Assembly: GCF_020745735.1 (NCBI RefSeq)
Contig: NW_026869102.1
Span: 56,367-120,366 of the forward strand
DNA from: Hemiscyllium ocellatum
Taxonomy: Eukaryota
Length of the DNA: 64,000 nucleotides
Direction: 5' to 3'
The position numbers and the translations under genes are program-made. Under the pieces are notes generated by a model. It searched no databases and was not told where the DNA came from. It saw only the letters and a list, made by a program, of their open reading frames with translations. Each line of letters opens with the position of its first letter. The first letter of the stretch is position 1. Below, in pieces: positions 46,101-61,100 of this stretch.

Positions 46101-49100
46101 ATAGGGGATGGGACGCCCCGCTGGTCGGGTATAGGAGATGGGACGTCCTGCTGGTCCGGTATAGGAGATGGGACGTCCCGCTGGTCGGGTATAGGGGATG
46201 GGACGTCTCGCTGGTCAGGTATAGGGGATGGGATGTCCCGCTGGTCAGGTATAGCAGGCGGGACGTCCCGCTGGTCGGGTATAAGAGATGGGACGTCCCG
46301 CTGGTCGGGTATAAGAGATGGGACGTCCTGCTGGTCCAGTATAGGAGATGGGACGTCCTGCTGGTCCGGTATAGGGGATGGGACGTCCCGCTGGTCCGGT
46401 ATAGGAGACGGAACGTCCCGCTGGTCCGGTATAGGGGATGGGACGTCCCGCTGGTCCGGTATAGGGGATGGGACGTCCCGCTGGTCGGGTATAGGGGATG
46501 GGAACCCCTACTGGTCGGGTATAGGGGATGGGACGTCCCGCTGGTCAGGTATAGGGGATGGGACGTCCCGCTAGTCAGGTATAGCAGGCGGGACGTCCCG
46601 CTGGTCGGGTATAGCAGGCGGGACGTCCCGCTGGTCCGGTATAGGGGATGGGACGTCCCGCTGGTCCGGTATAGGGGATGGGAACCCCTACTGGTCGGGT
46701 ATAGGGGATGGGACGTCCCGCTGGTCAGGTATAGGGGATGGGACGTCCCGCTGGTCGGGTATAGGGGATGGGAACCCCTACTGGTCGGGTATAGGGGATG
46801 GGACGTCCCGCTGGTCAGGTATAGGGGATGGGACGTCCCGCTAGTCAGGTATAGCAGGCGGGACGTCCCGCTGGTCGGGTATAGCAGGCGGGACGTCCCG
46901 CTGGTCCGGTATAGGGGATGGGACGTCCCGCTGGTCGGGTATAGGGGATGGGACGTCCCGCTGGTCGGGTATAGGGGATGGGACGCCCCGCTGGTCCGGT
47001 ATAGGGGATGGGACGTCCCGCTGGTCCGGTATAGGGGATGGGACGTCCTGCTGGTCTATTATAGGAGATGGGACGTCCCGCTGGTCGGGTATAGGAGATG
47101 GGACGTCCCGCTGGTCCGGTATAGGGGATGGGACGTCCTGCTGGTCTATTATAGAAGATGGGACGTCCCGCTGGTCGGGTATAAGAGATGGGACGTCCTG
47201 CTGGTCTATTATAGGAGATGGGACGTCCCGCTGGTCCGGTATAGGAGATGGGACGTCCTGCTGGTCCGGTATAGGAGATGGGACGTCCCGCTGGTCGGGT
47301 ATAGGAGATGGGATGTCCCGCTGGTCGGGTATAGGGGATGGGACGTCCCGCTGGTCCGGTATAGGGGATGGGACGTCCCGCTGGTCCAGTATAGGGGATG
47401 GGATGTCCCGCTGGTCGGGTATAGCAGGCGGGACGTCCCGCTGGTCGGGTATAGGAGATGGGACGTCCCGCTGGTCGGGTATAGGGGATGGGACGTCCTA
47501 CTGGTCTATCATAGGAGATGGGACGTCCCGCTGGTCCGGTATAGGAGATGGGACGTCCCGCTGGTCCGGTATAGGAGATGGGACGTCCTGCTGGTCCGGT
47601 ATAGGGGATGGGACGTCCCGCTGGTCGGGTATAGGGGATGGGATGCCCCGCTGGTCGGGTATAGGGGATGGGACGTCCTGCTGGTCGGGTAAAGGAGATG
47701 GGACGTCCTGCTGGTCTATTATAGGAGATGGGACGTCCCGCTGGTCGGGTATAGGGGATGGGACGTCCCGCTGGTCCGGTATAGGGGATGGGACGTCCTG
47801 CTGGTCTATTATAGGAGATGGGACGTCCCGCTGGTCGGGTATAGGAGATGGGACGTCCCGCTGGTCGGGTATAGGGGATGGGACGTCCTGCTGGTCTATT
47901 ATAGGAGATGGGACGTCCCGCTGGTCGGGTATAAGAGATGGGACGTCCTGCTGGTCTATTATAGGAGATGGGACGTCCCGCTGGTCCGGTATAGGAGATG
48001 GGACGTCCTGCTGGTCCGATATAGGAGATGGGACGTCCCGCTGGTCGGGTATAAGAGATGGGACGTCCTGCTGGTCTATTATAGGAGATGGGACGTCCCG
48101 CTGGTCCGGTATAGGAGATGGGACGTCCCGCTGGTCCGGTATAGGGGATGGGACGCCCCGCTGGTCGGGTATAGGAGATGGGACGTCCTGCTGGTCCGGT
48201 ATAGGAGATGGGACGTCCCGCTGGTCGGGTATAGGGGATGGGACGTCTCGCTGGTCAGGTATAGGGGATGGGATGTCCCGCTGGTCAGGTATAGCAGGCG
48301 GGACGTCCCGCTGGTCGGGTATAAGAGATGGGACGTCCCGCTGGTCGGGTATAAGAGATGGGACGTCCTGCTGGTCCAGTATAGGAGATGGGACGTCCTG
48401 CTGGTCCGGTATAGGGGATGGGACGTCCCGCTGGTCCGGTATAGGAGACGGAACGTCCCGCTGGTCCGGTATAGGGGATGGGACGTCCCGCTGGTCCGGT
48501 ATAGGGGATGGGACGTCCCGCTGGTCGGGTATAGGGGATGGGAACCCCTACTGGTCGGGTATAGGGGATGGGACGTCCCGCTGGTCAGGTATAGGGGATG
48601 GGACGTCCCGCTAGTCAGGTATAGCAGGCGGGACGTCCCGCTGGTCGGGTATAGCAGGCGGGACGTCCCGCTGGTCGGGTATAGGGGATGGGAACCCCTA
48701 CTGGTCGGGTATAGGGGATGGGACGTCCCGCTGGTCAGGTATAGGGGATGGGACGTCCCGCTGGTCGGGTATAGGGGATGGGAACCCCTACTGGTCGGGT
48801 ATAGGGGATGGGACGTCCCGCTGGTCAGGTATAGGGGATGGGACGTCCCGCTAGTCAGGTATAGCAGGCGGGACGTCCCGCTGGTCGGGTATAGCAGGCG
48901 GGACGTCCCGCTGGTCCGGTATAGGGGATGGGACGTCCCGCTGGTCGGGTATAGGGGATGGGAACCCCTACTGGTCGGGTATAGGGGATGGGACGTCCCG
49001 CTGGTCAGGTATAGGGGATGGGACGTCCCGCTAGTCAGGTATAGCAGGCGGGACGTCCCGCTGGTCGGGTATAGCAGGCGGGACGTCCCGCTGGTCGGGT

Positions 49101-52100
49101 ATAGCAGGCGGGACGTCCCGCTGGTCGGGTATAGCAGGCGGGACGTCCCGCTGGTCGGGTATAGCAGGCGGGACGTCCCGCTGGTCGGGTATAGGAGATG
49201 GGACGTCCTGCTGGTCGGGTATAGGAGATGGGACGTCTCGCTGGTCGGGTATAGCAGGCGGGACGTCCCGCTGGTCGGGTATAGGAGATGGGACGTCCCG
49301 CTGGTCCGGTATAGGGGATGGGACGTCCTGCTGGTCGGGTATAGGAGATGGGACGTCCTGCTGGTCCGGTATAGGAGATGGGACGTCCCGCTGGTCGGGT
49401 ATAGCAGGCGGGACGTCCCGCTGGTCGGGTATAGCAGGCGGGACGTCCCGCTGGTCGGGTATAGGAGATGGAACGCCCCGCTGGTCGGGTATAGAAAGAT
49501 GGGACGCCCCGCTGGTCGGGTATAGGAGATGGGACGTCCGGCTGGTCGGGTATAGCAGATGGGACGCCCCGCTGGTCCGGTATAGCAGATGGGACGTCCC
49601 GCTGGTCTATTATAGCAGATGGGACGTCCCGCTGGTCCGGTATAAGAGATGGGACGTCCCGCTGGTCTATTATAGGAGATGGGACATCCCGCTGGTCGGG
49701 TATAGGAGATGGGACGTCCCGCTGGTCCGGTATAGGGGATGGGACGTCCTGCTGGTCTATTATAGCAGATGGGAGGCCCCGCTGGTCGGGTATAGGGGAT
49801 GGGACGCCCCGCTGGTCCGGTATAGGGGATGGGACGTCCCGCTGGTCCGGTATAGGGGATGGGACGTCCTGCTGGTCTATTATAGGAGATGGGACGTCCC
49901 GCTGGTCGGGTATAGGAGATGGGACGTCCCGCTGGTCCGGTATAGGGGATGGGACGTCCTGCTGGTCTATTATCGAAGATGGGACGTCCCGCTGGTCCGG
50001 TATAGGAGATGGGACGTCCTGCTGGTCCGGTATAGGAGATGGGACGTCCCGCTGGTCGAGTATAGGGGATGGGACGTCCCGCTGGTCCGGTATAGGGGAT
50101 GGGACGTCCCGCTGGTCCGGTATAGGGGATGGGACGTCCCGCTGGTCCGGTATAGGGGATGGGATGTCCCGCTGGTCCGGTATAGCAGGCGGGACGTCCC
50201 GCTGGTCGGGTATAGGGGATGGGACGTCCCGCTGGTCGGGTATAGCAGGCGGGACGTCCCGCTGGTCGGGTATAGCAGGCGGGACGTCCCGCTGGTCGGG
50301 TATAGGAGATGGAACGTCCCGCTGGTCTATTATAGTAGATGGGATGTCCTGCTGGTCGGGAAAAGGGGATGGGACGTCCCGCTGGTCGGGTATAGGGGAT
50401 GGGACGTCCCGCTGGTCGGGTACAGGAGATGGGTCGTCCCGCTGGTCTATTATAGCAGATGGGACGTCCCGCTGGTCTGGTATAGGGGATGGGACGTCCT
50501 GCTGGTCTATTATAGCAGATGGGACGCCCCGCTGGTCGGGTATAGGGGATGGGACGTCCCGCTGGTCGGGTATAGGGGATGGGACGTCCCGCTGGTCTAT
50601 TATAGCAGATGGGACGTCCCGCTGGTCCGGTATAGGGGATGGGACGTCCTGCTGGTCTATTATAGCGGATGGGACGCCCCGCTGGTCGGGTATAGGGAAT
50701 GGGACGTCCCGCTGGTCCGGTATAGGGGATGGGACGTCCCGCTGGTCGGGTATAGCAGATGGGACGTCCCGCTGGTCGGGTATAAGAGATGGGACGTCCT
50801 GCTGGTCTATTATAGGAGATGGGACGTCCCGCTGGTCGGGTATAGGGGATGGGACGTCCCGCTGGTCGGGTATAGCAGGCGGGACGTCCCGCTGGATGGG
50901 TATAGCAGGCGGGACGTCCCGCTGGTCGGGTATAGCAGGCGGGACGTCCCGCTGGTCGGGTATAGGGGATGGGACGTCCCGGTGGTCGGGTATAGCAGAT
51001 GGGACGTCCTGCTGGTCGGGTGTAGGAGATGGGACGTCCCGCTGGTCTGGTATAGGAGATGGGACATCCCGCTGGTCGGGTATAGCAGGCGGGACGTCCC
51101 GCTGGTCCGGTATAGGGGATGGGACGCCCCGGTGGTCGGGTATAGGAGATGGGAACCCCTACTGGTCGGGTATAGCAGATGGGACGTCCCGCTGGTCGGG
51201 TATAGCAGACGGGACGTCCCGCTGGTCGGGTATAGGAGATGGAACGCCCCGCTGGTCGGGTATAGCAGGCGGGACGTCCCGCTGGTCGGGTATAGGAGAT
51301 GGAACGCCCCGCTGGTCGGGTATAGCGGATGGGACGTCCCGCTGGTCGGGTATAGGGGATGGGACGTCCCGCTGGTCGGGTATAGGGGATGGGACGTCCC
51401 GCTGGTCTATTATAGGAGATGGGACATCCCGCTGGTCTATTATAGGAGATGGGACGTCCCGCTGGTCGGGTATAGGAGATGGGACGTCCCGCTGGTCCGG
51501 TATAGGGGATGGGACGTCCTGCTGGTCGGGTATAAGAGATGGGACGTCCTGCTGGTCTATTATAGGAGATGGGACGTCCCGCTGGTCCGGTATAGGAGAT
51601 GGGAAGTCCTGCTGGTCCGGTATAGGAGATAGAACGTCCCGCTGGTCGGGTATAGGAGATGGGATGCCCCGCTGGTCGGGTATAGCGGATGGGACGTCCC
51701 GCTGGTCGGGTATAGGGGATGGGACGTCCCGCTGGTCTATTATAGGAGATGGGACATCCCGCTGGTCGGGTATAGGAGATGGGACGTCCCGCTGGTCGGG
51801 TATAGGAGATGGGACGTCCCGCTGGTCCGGTATAGGGGATGGGACGTCCCGCTGGTCTATTATAGCAGATGGGACGTCCCGCTGGTCCGGTATAGGGGAT
51901 GGGACGTCCTGCTGGTCTATTATAGCAGATGGGACGCCCCGCTGGTCGGGTATAGGAGATGGGACGTCCTGCTGGTCCGGTATAGGAGATGGAACGTCCC
52001 GCTGGTCGGGTATAGGAGATGGGACGCCCCGCTGGTCGGGTATAGGAGATGGGACGTCCCGCTGGTCGGGTATAGGAGATGGGACGTCCCGCTGGTCCGG

Positions 52101-55100
52101 TATAGGGGATGGGACGTCCCGCTGGTCTATTATAGCAGATGGGAGGCCCCGCTGGTCGGGTATAGGGGATGGGACGCCCCGCTGGTCCGGTATAGGGGAT
52201 GGGACGTCCCGCTGGTCCGGTATAGGGGATGGGACGTCCTGCTGGTCTATTATAGGAGATGGGACGTCCCTCTGGTCCGGTATAGGGGATGGGACGTCCT
52301 GCTGGTCCATTATAGGAGATGGGACGTCCCGCTGGTCGGGTATAAGAGATGGGACGTCCTGCTGGTCTATTATAGGAGATGGGACGTCCCGCTGGTCCGG
52401 TATAGGAGATGGGACGTCCTGCTGGTCCGGTATAGGAGATGGGACGTCCCGCTGGTCCGGTATAGGAGATGGGATGCCCCGCTGGTCGGGTATAGGAGAT
52501 GGGACGTCCCGCTGGTCCGGTATAGGGGATGGGACGTCCCGCTGGTCGGGTATAGGGGATGGGACGTCCCGCTGGTCCGGTATAGCAGGCGGGACGTCCC
52601 GCTGGTCGGGTATAGGGGATGGGACGTCCCGCTGGTCGGGTATAGGAGATGGGAACCCCTACTGGTCGGGTATAGCAGATGGGACGTCCCGCTGGTCGGG
52701 TAGAGGGGATGGGACGTCCCGCTGGTCGGGTATAGCAGGCGGGACGTCCCGCTGGTCGGGTATAGCAGGCGGGACGTCCCGCTGGTCGGGTATAAGAGAT
52801 GGGACGTCCTGCTGGTCCGGTATAGGAGATGGGACGTCCTGCTGGTCCGGTATAGGGGATGGGACGTCCCGCTGGTCGGGTATAGCAGGCGGGACGTCCC
52901 GCTGGTCGGGTATAGGAGATGGAACGCCCCGCTGGTCGGGTATAGCAGATGGGACGTCCCGCTGGTCGGGTATAGGAGATGGGACGTCCCGCTGGTCTAT
53001 TATAGTAGATGGGACGTCCTGCTGGTCGGGAAAAGGGGATGGGACGTCCCGCTGGCCGGGTATAGGGGATGGGACGTCCCGCTGGTCCAGTATAGGAGAT
53101 GGGACGTACCGCTGGTCCGGTATAGGGGATGGGACGTCCCGCTGGTCCGGTATAGGGGATGGGACGTCCCGCTGGTCCGGTATAGGGGATGGGACGTCCC
53201 GCTGGTCTATTATAGCAGATGGGACGTCCCGCTGGTCCGGTATAGGGGATGGGACGTCCCGCTGGTCTATTATAGCAGATGGGACGCCCCGCTGGTCGGG
53301 TATAGGGGATGGGACGTCCCGCTGGTCCGGTATAGGGGATGGGACGTCCCGCTGGTCTATTATAGCAGATGGGACGTCCCGCTGGTCCGGTATAGGGGAT
53401 GGGACGTCCTGCTGGTCTATTATAGCGGATGGGACGCCCCGCTGGTCGGGTATCGGGGATGGAACGTCCCGCTGGTCCGGTATAGGGGATGGGACGTCCC
53501 GCTGGTCGGGTATAGCAGATGGGACGTCCCGCTGGTCGGGTATAGGAGATGGGACATCCCACTGGTCGGGTATAGCAGGCGGGACGTCCCGCTGGTCCGG
53601 TATAGGGGATGGGACGCCCCGGTGGTCGGGTATAGCAGATGGGACGTCCTGCTGGTCGGGTGTAGGAGATGGGACGTCCCGCTGGTCTGGTATAGGAGAT
53701 GGGACGTCCCGCTGGTCGGGTATAGCAGGCGGGACGTCCCGCTGGTCCGGTATAGGGGATGGGACGCCCTGGTGGTCGGGTATAGGAGATGGGAACCCCT
53801 ACTGGTCGGGTATAGCAGATGGGACGTCCCGCTGATCGGGTATAGCAGGCGGGACGTCCCGCTGGTCGGGTATAGGAGATGGAACGCCCCGCTGGTCGGG
53901 TATAGCAGGCGGGACGTCCCGCTGGTCGGGTATAGGAGATGGAACGCCCCGCTGGTCGGGTATAGGGGATGGGACGTCCCGCTGGTCGGGTATAGGGGAT
54001 GGGACGTCCCGCTGGTCTATTATAGGAGATGGGACGTCCCGCTGGTCGGGTATAGGAGATGGGACGTCCCGCTGGTCGGGTATAGGAGATGGGACGTCCT
54101 GCTGGTCCGGTATAGGAGATGGAACGTCCCGCTGGTCGGGTATAGGAGATGGGATGCCCCGCTGGTCGGGTATAGGAGATGGGACGTCCTGCTGGTCCGG
54201 TATAGGGGGCGGGACGTCCCGCTGGTCGGGTATAGCAGGCGGGACGTCCCGCTGGTCGGGTATAGCAGGCGGGACGTCCCGCTGGTCGGGTATAGGGGAT
54301 GGGACGTCCCGCTGGTCGGGTATAGGAGATGGGACATCCCGCTGGTCGGGTATAGCAGGCGGGACGTCCCGCTGGTCCGGTATAGGGGATGGGACGCCCC
54401 GGTGGTCGGGTATAGGGGATGGGAACCCCTACTGGTCGGGTATAGCAGATGGGACGTCCCGCTGGTCGGGTATAGCAGGCGGGACGTCCCGCTGGTCGGG
54501 TATAGCAGGCGGGACGTCCCGCTGGTCGGGTATAGGAGATGGAACGCCCCGCTGGTCGGGTATAGCAGATGGGACGTCCCGCTGGTCGGGTATTGGGGAT
54601 GGGACGTCCTGCTGGTCGGGTATAGGGGATGGGACGTCCTGCTGGTCGGGTATAAGAGATGGGACGTCCTGCTGGTCTATTATAGGAGATGGGACGTCCT
54701 GCTGGTCCGGTATAGGGGATGGGACGTCCTGCTGGTCGGGTATAAGAGATGGGACGTCCTGCTGGTCTATTATAGGAGATGGGACGTCCCGCTGGTCCGG
54801 TATAGGAGATGGGACGTCCTGCTGGTCCGGTATAGGAGATGGAACGTCCCGCTGGTCGGGTATAGGAGATGGGATGCCCCGCTGGTCGGGTATAGCAGAT
54901 GGGACGTCCCGCTGGTCGGGTACAGGGGATGGGACGTCCCGCTGGTCGGGTATAGGGGATGGGACGTCCCGCTGGTCTATTATAGGAGATGGGACATCCC
55001 GCTGGTCGGGTATAGGAGATGGGACGTCCCGCTGGTCGGGTATAGGAGATGGGACGTCCCGCTGGTCCGGTATAGGGGATGGGACGTCCCGCTGGTCTAT

Positions 55101-58100
55101 TATAGCAGATGGGACGTCCCGCTGGTCCGGTATAGGGGATGGGACGTCCTGCTGGTCTATTATAGCAGATGGGACGCCCCGCTGGTCGGGTATAGGGGAT
55201 GGGACGTCCCGCTGGTCCGGTATAGGGGATGGGACTTCCTGCTGGTCGGGTATAAGAGATGGGACGTCCTGCTGGTCTATTATAGGAGATGGGACGTCCC
55301 GCTGGTCCGGTATAGGAGATGGGACGTCCTGCTGGTCCGGTATAGGAGATGGAACGTCCCGCTGGTCGGGTATAGGAGATGGGATGCCCCGCTGGTCGGG
55401 TATAGGAGATGGGACGTCCCGCTGGTCGGGTATAGGAGATGGGACGTCCCGCTGGTCCGGTATAGGGGATGGGACGTCCCGCTGGTCTATTATAGCAGAT
55501 GGGAGGCCCCGCTGGTCGGGTATAGGGGATGGGACGCCCCGCTGGTCCGGTATAGGGGATGGGACGTCCCGCTGGTCCGGTATAGGGGATGGGACGTCCT
55601 GCTGGTCTATTATAGGAGATGGGACGTCCCTCTGGTCCGGTATAGGGGATGGGACGTCCTGCTGGTCCATTATAGGAGATGGGACGTCCCGCTGGTCGGG
55701 TATAAGAGATGGGACGCCCTGCTGGTCTATTATAGGAGATGGGACGTCCCGCTGGTCCGGTATAGGAGATGGGACGTCCTGCTGGTCCGGTATAGGAGAT
55801 GGGACGTCCCGCTGGTCCGGTATAGGAGATGGGATGCCCCGCTGGTCGGGTATAGGAGATGGGACGTCCCGCTGGTCCGGTATAGGGGATGGGACGTCCC
55901 GCTGGTCGGGTATAGGGGATGGGACGTCCCGCTGGTCCGGTATAGCAGGCGGGACGTCCCGCTGGTCGGGTATAGGGGATGGGACGTCCCGCTGGTCGGG
56001 TATAGGAGATGGGAACCCCTACTGGTCGGGTATAGCAGATGGGACGTCCCGCTGGTCGGGTAGAGGGGATGGGACGTCCCGCTGGTCGGGTATAGCAGGC
56101 GGGACGTCCCGCTGGTCGGGTATAGCAGGCGGGACGTCCCGCTGGTCGGGTATAAGAGATGGGACGTCCTGCTGGTCCGGTATAGGAGATGGGACGTCCT
56201 GCTGGTCCGGTATAGGGGATGGGACGTCCCGCTGGTCGGGTATAGCAGGCGGGACGTCCCGCTGGTCGGGTATAGGAGATGGAACGCCCCGCTGGTCGGG
56301 TATAGGAGATGGGACGTCCCGCTGGTCGGGTATAGGAGATGGGACGTCCCGCTGGTCTATTATAAGAGATGGGACGTCCTGCTGGTCGGGAAAAGGGGAT
56401 GGGACGTCCCGCTGGTCGGGTATAGGGGATGGGACGTCCCGCTGGTCCGGTATAGGAGATGGGACGTACCGCTGGTCCGGTATAGGGGATGGGACGTCCC
56501 GCTGGTCCGGTATAGGGGATGGGACGTCCCGCTGGTCTATTATAGCAGATGGGACGTCCCGCTGGTCCGGTATAGGGGATGGGACGTCCCGCTGGTCTAT
56601 TATAGCAGATGGGACGCCCCGCTGGTCGGGTATAGGGGATGGGACGTCCCGCTGGTCCGGTATAGGGGATGGGACGTCCCGCTGGTCTATTATAGCAGAT
56701 GGGACGTCCCGCTGGTCCGGTATAGGGGATGGGACGTCCTGCTGGTCTATTATAGCGGATGGGACGCCCCGCTGGTCGGGTATAGGGGATGGAACGTCCC
56801 GCTGGTCCGGTATAGGGGATGGGACGTCCCGCTGGTCCGGTATAGCAGATGGGACGTCCTGCTGGTCGGGTATAGGAGATGGGACGTCCCGCTGGTCTGG
56901 TATAGGAGATGGGACATCCCGCTGGTCGGGTATAGCAGGCGGGACGTCCCGCTGGTCCGGTATAGGGGATGGGACGCCCCGGTGGTCGGGTATAGCAGAT
57001 GGGACGTCCTGCTGGTCGGGTGTAGGAGATGGGACGTCCCGCTGGTCTGGTATAGGAGATGGGACATCCCGCTGGTCGGGTATAGCAGGCGGGACGTCCC
57101 GCTGGTCCGGTATAGGGGATGGGACGCCCTGGTGGTCGGGTATAGGAGATGGGAACCCATACTGGTCGGGTATAGCAGATGGGACGTCCCGCTGGTCGGG
57201 TATAGCAGGCGGGACGTCCCGCTGGTCGGGTATAGGAGATGGAACGCCCCGCTGGTCGGGTATAGCAGGCGGGACGTCCCGCTGGTCGGGTATAGGAGAT
57301 GGAACGCCCCGCTGGTCGGGTATAGGGGATGGGACGTCCCGCTGGTCGGGTATAGGGGATGGGACGTCCCGCTGGTCTATTATAGGAGATGGGACGTCCC
57401 GCTGGTCGGGTATAGGAGATGGGACGTCCCGCTGGTCGGGTATAGGAGATGGGACGTCCTGCTGGTCCGGTATAGGAGATGGAACGTCCTGCTGGTCGGG
57501 TATAGGAGATGGGATGCCCCGCTGGTCGGGTATAGGAGATGGGACGTCCTGCTGGTCGGGTATAGGAGATGGGACGTCCTGCTGGTCCGGTATAGGGGGC
57601 GGGACGTCCCGCTGGTCGGGTATAGCAGGCGGGACGTCCCGCTGGTCGGGTATAGCAGGCGGGACGTCCCGCTGGTCGGGTATAGGGGATGGGACGTCCC
57701 GCTGGTCGGGTATAGGAGATGGGACATCCCGCTGGTCGGGTATAGCAGGCGGGACGTCCCGCTGGTCCGGTATAGGGGATGGGACGCCCCGGTGGTCGGG
57801 TATAGGAGATGGGAACCCCTACTGGTCGGGTATAGCAGATGGGACGTCCCGCTGGTCGGGTATAGCAGGCGGGACGTCCCGCTGGTCGGGTATAGGAGAT
57901 GGAACGCCCCGCTGGTCGGGTATAGCAGATGGGACGTCCCGCTGGTCGGGTATAGGGGATGGGACGTCCTGCTGGTCGGGTATAGGGGATGGGACGTCCC
58001 GCTGGTCTATTATAGGAGATGGGACATCCCGCTGGTCGGGTATAGGGGATGGGACGTCCCGCTGGTCCGGTATAGGGGATGGGACGTCCTGCTGGTCGGG

Positions 58101-61100
58101 TATAAGAGATGGGACGTCCTGCTGGTCTATTATAGGAGATGGGACGTCCTGCTGGTCCGGTATAGGGGATGGGACGTCCTGCTGGTCGGGTATAAGAGAT
58201 GGGACGTCCTGCTGGTCTATTATAGGAGATGGGACGTCCCGCTGGTCCGGTATAGGAGATGGGACGTCCTGCTGGTCCGGTATCGGAGATGGAACGTCCC
58301 GCTGGTCGGGTATAGGAGATGGGATGCCCCGCTGGTCGGGTATAGGAGATGGGACGTCCCGCTGGTCGGGTACAGGGGATGGGACGTCCCGCTGGTCGGG
58401 TATAGGGGATGGGACGTCCCGCTGGTCTATTATAGGAGATGGGACATCCCGCTGGTCGGGTATAGGAGATGGGACGTCCCGCTGGTCGGGTATAGGAGAT
58501 GGGACGTCCCGCTGGTCCGGTATAGGGGATGGGACGTCCCGCTGGTCTATTATAGCAGATGGGACGTCCCGCTGGTCCGGTATAGGGGATGGGACGTCCT
58601 GCTGGTCTATTATAGCAGATGGGACGCCCCGCTGGTCGGGTATAGGGGATGGGACGTCCCGCTGGTCCGGTATAGGGGATGGGACTTCCTGCTGGTCGGG
58701 TATAAGAGATGGGACGTCCTGCTGGTCTATTATAGGAGATGGGACGTCCCGCTGGTCCGGTATAGGAGATGGGACGTCCTGCTGGTCCGGTATAGGAGAT
58801 GGAACGTCCCGCTGGTCGGGTATAGGAGATGGGACGTCCCGCTGGTCGGGTATAGGAGATGGGACGTCCCGCTGGTCCGGTATAGGGGATGGGACGTCCC
58901 GCTGGTCTATTATAGCAGATGGGAGGCCCCGCTGGTCGGGTATAGGGGATGGGACGCCCCGCTGGTCCGGTATAGGGGATGGGACGTCCCGCTGGTCCGG
59001 TATAGGGGATGGGACGTCCTGCTGGTCTATTATAGGAGATGGGACGTCCCTCTGGTCCGGTATAGGGGATGGGACGTCCTGCTGGTCCATTATAGGAGAT
59101 GGGACGTCCCGCTGGTCGGGTATAAGAGATGGGACGTCCTGCTGGTCTATTATAGGAGATGGGACGTCCCGCTGGTCCGGTATAGGAGATGGGACGTCCC
59201 GCTGGTCCGGTATAGGAGATGGGATGCCCCGCTGGTCGGGTATAGGAGATGGGACGTCCCGCTGGTCCGGTATAGGGGATGGGACGTCCCGCTGGTCGGG
59301 TATAGGGGATGGGACGTCCCGCTGGTCCGGTATAGCAGGCGGGACGTCCCGCTGGTCGGGTATAGGGGATGGGACGTCCCGCTGGTCGGGTATAGGAGAT
59401 GGGAACCCCTACTGGTCGGGTATAGCAGATGGGACGTCCCGCTGGTCGGGTAGAGGGGATGGGACGTCCCGCTGGTCGGGTATAGCAGGCGGGACGTCCC
59501 GCTGGTCGGGTATAGCAGGCGGGACGTCCCGCTGGTCGGGTATAAGAGATGGGACGTCCTGCTGGTCCGGTATAGGAGATGGGACGTCCTGCTGGTCCGG
59601 TATAGGGGATGGGACGTCCCGCTGGTCGGGTATAGCAGGCGGGACGTCCCGCTGGTCGGGTATAGCAGGCGGGACGTCCCGCTGGTCGGGTATAGGAGAT
59701 GGAACGCCCCGCTGGTCGGGTATAGCAGATGGGACGTCCCGCTGGTCGGGTATAGGAGATGGGACGTCCCGCTGGTCTATTATAGTAGATGGGACGTCCC
59801 GCTGGTCTGGTATAGGAGATGGGACATCCCGCTGGTCGGGTATAGCAGGCGGGACGTCCCGCTGGTCCGGTATAGGGGATGGGACGCCCCGCTGGTCGGG
59901 TATAGGGGATGGGACGTCCCGCTGGTCCGGTATAGGGGATGGGACTTCCTGCTGGTCGGGTATAAGAGATGGGACGTCCTGCTGGTCTATTATAGGAGAT
60001 GGGACGTCCCGCTGGTCCGGTATAGGAGATGGGACGTCCTGCTGGTCCGGTATAGGAGATGGAACGTCCCGCTGGTCGGGTATAGGAGATGGGACGTCCC
60101 GCTGGTCGGGTATAGGAGATGGGACGTCCCGCTGGTCCGGTATAGGGGATGGGACGTCCCGCTGGTCTATTATAGCAGATGGGAGGCCCCGCTGGTCGGG
60201 TATAGGGGATGGGACGCCCCGCTGGTCCGGTATAGGGGATGGGACGTCCCGCTGGTCCGGTATAGGTGATGGGACGTCCTGCTGGTCTATTATAGGAGAT
60301 GGGACGTCCCTCTGGTCCGGTATAGGGGATGGGACGTCCTGCTGGTCCATTATAGGAGATGGGACGTCCCGCTGGTCGGGTATAAGAGATGGGACGTCCT
60401 GCTGGTCTATTATAGGAGATGGGACGTCCCGCTGGTCCGGTATAGGAGATGGGACGTCCCGCTGGTCCGGTATAGGAGATGGGATGCCCCGCTGGTCGGG
60501 TATAGGAGATGGGACGTCCCGCTGGTCCGGTATAGGGGATGGGACGTCCCGCTGGTCGGGTATAGGGGATGGGACGTCCCGCTGGTCCGGTATAGCAGGC
60601 GGGACGTCCCGCTGGTCGGGTATAGGGGATGGGACGTCCCGCTGGTCGGGTATAGGAGATGGGAACCCCTACTGGTCGGGTATAGCAGATGGGACGTCCC
60701 GCTGGTCGGGTAGAGGGGATGGGACGTCCCGCTGGTCGGGTATAGCAGGCGGGACGTCCCGCTGGTCGGGTATAGCAGGCGGGACGTCCCGCTGGTCGGG
60801 TATAGGAGATGGAACGCCCCGCTGGTCGGGTATAGCAGATGGGACGTCCCGCTGGTCGGGTATAGGAGATGGGACGTCCTGCTGGTCGGGAAAAGGGGAT
60901 GGGACGTCCCGCTGGTCGGGTATAGCAGGCGGGACGTCCCGCTGGTCGGGTATAGCAGGCGGGACGTCCCGCTGGTCCGGTATAGGGGATGGGACGTCCC
61001 GCTGGTCCGGTATAGGAGATGGGACGTACCGCTGGTCCGGTATAGGGGATGGGACGTCCCGCTGGTCCGGTATAGGGGATGGGACGTCCCGCTGGTCTAT

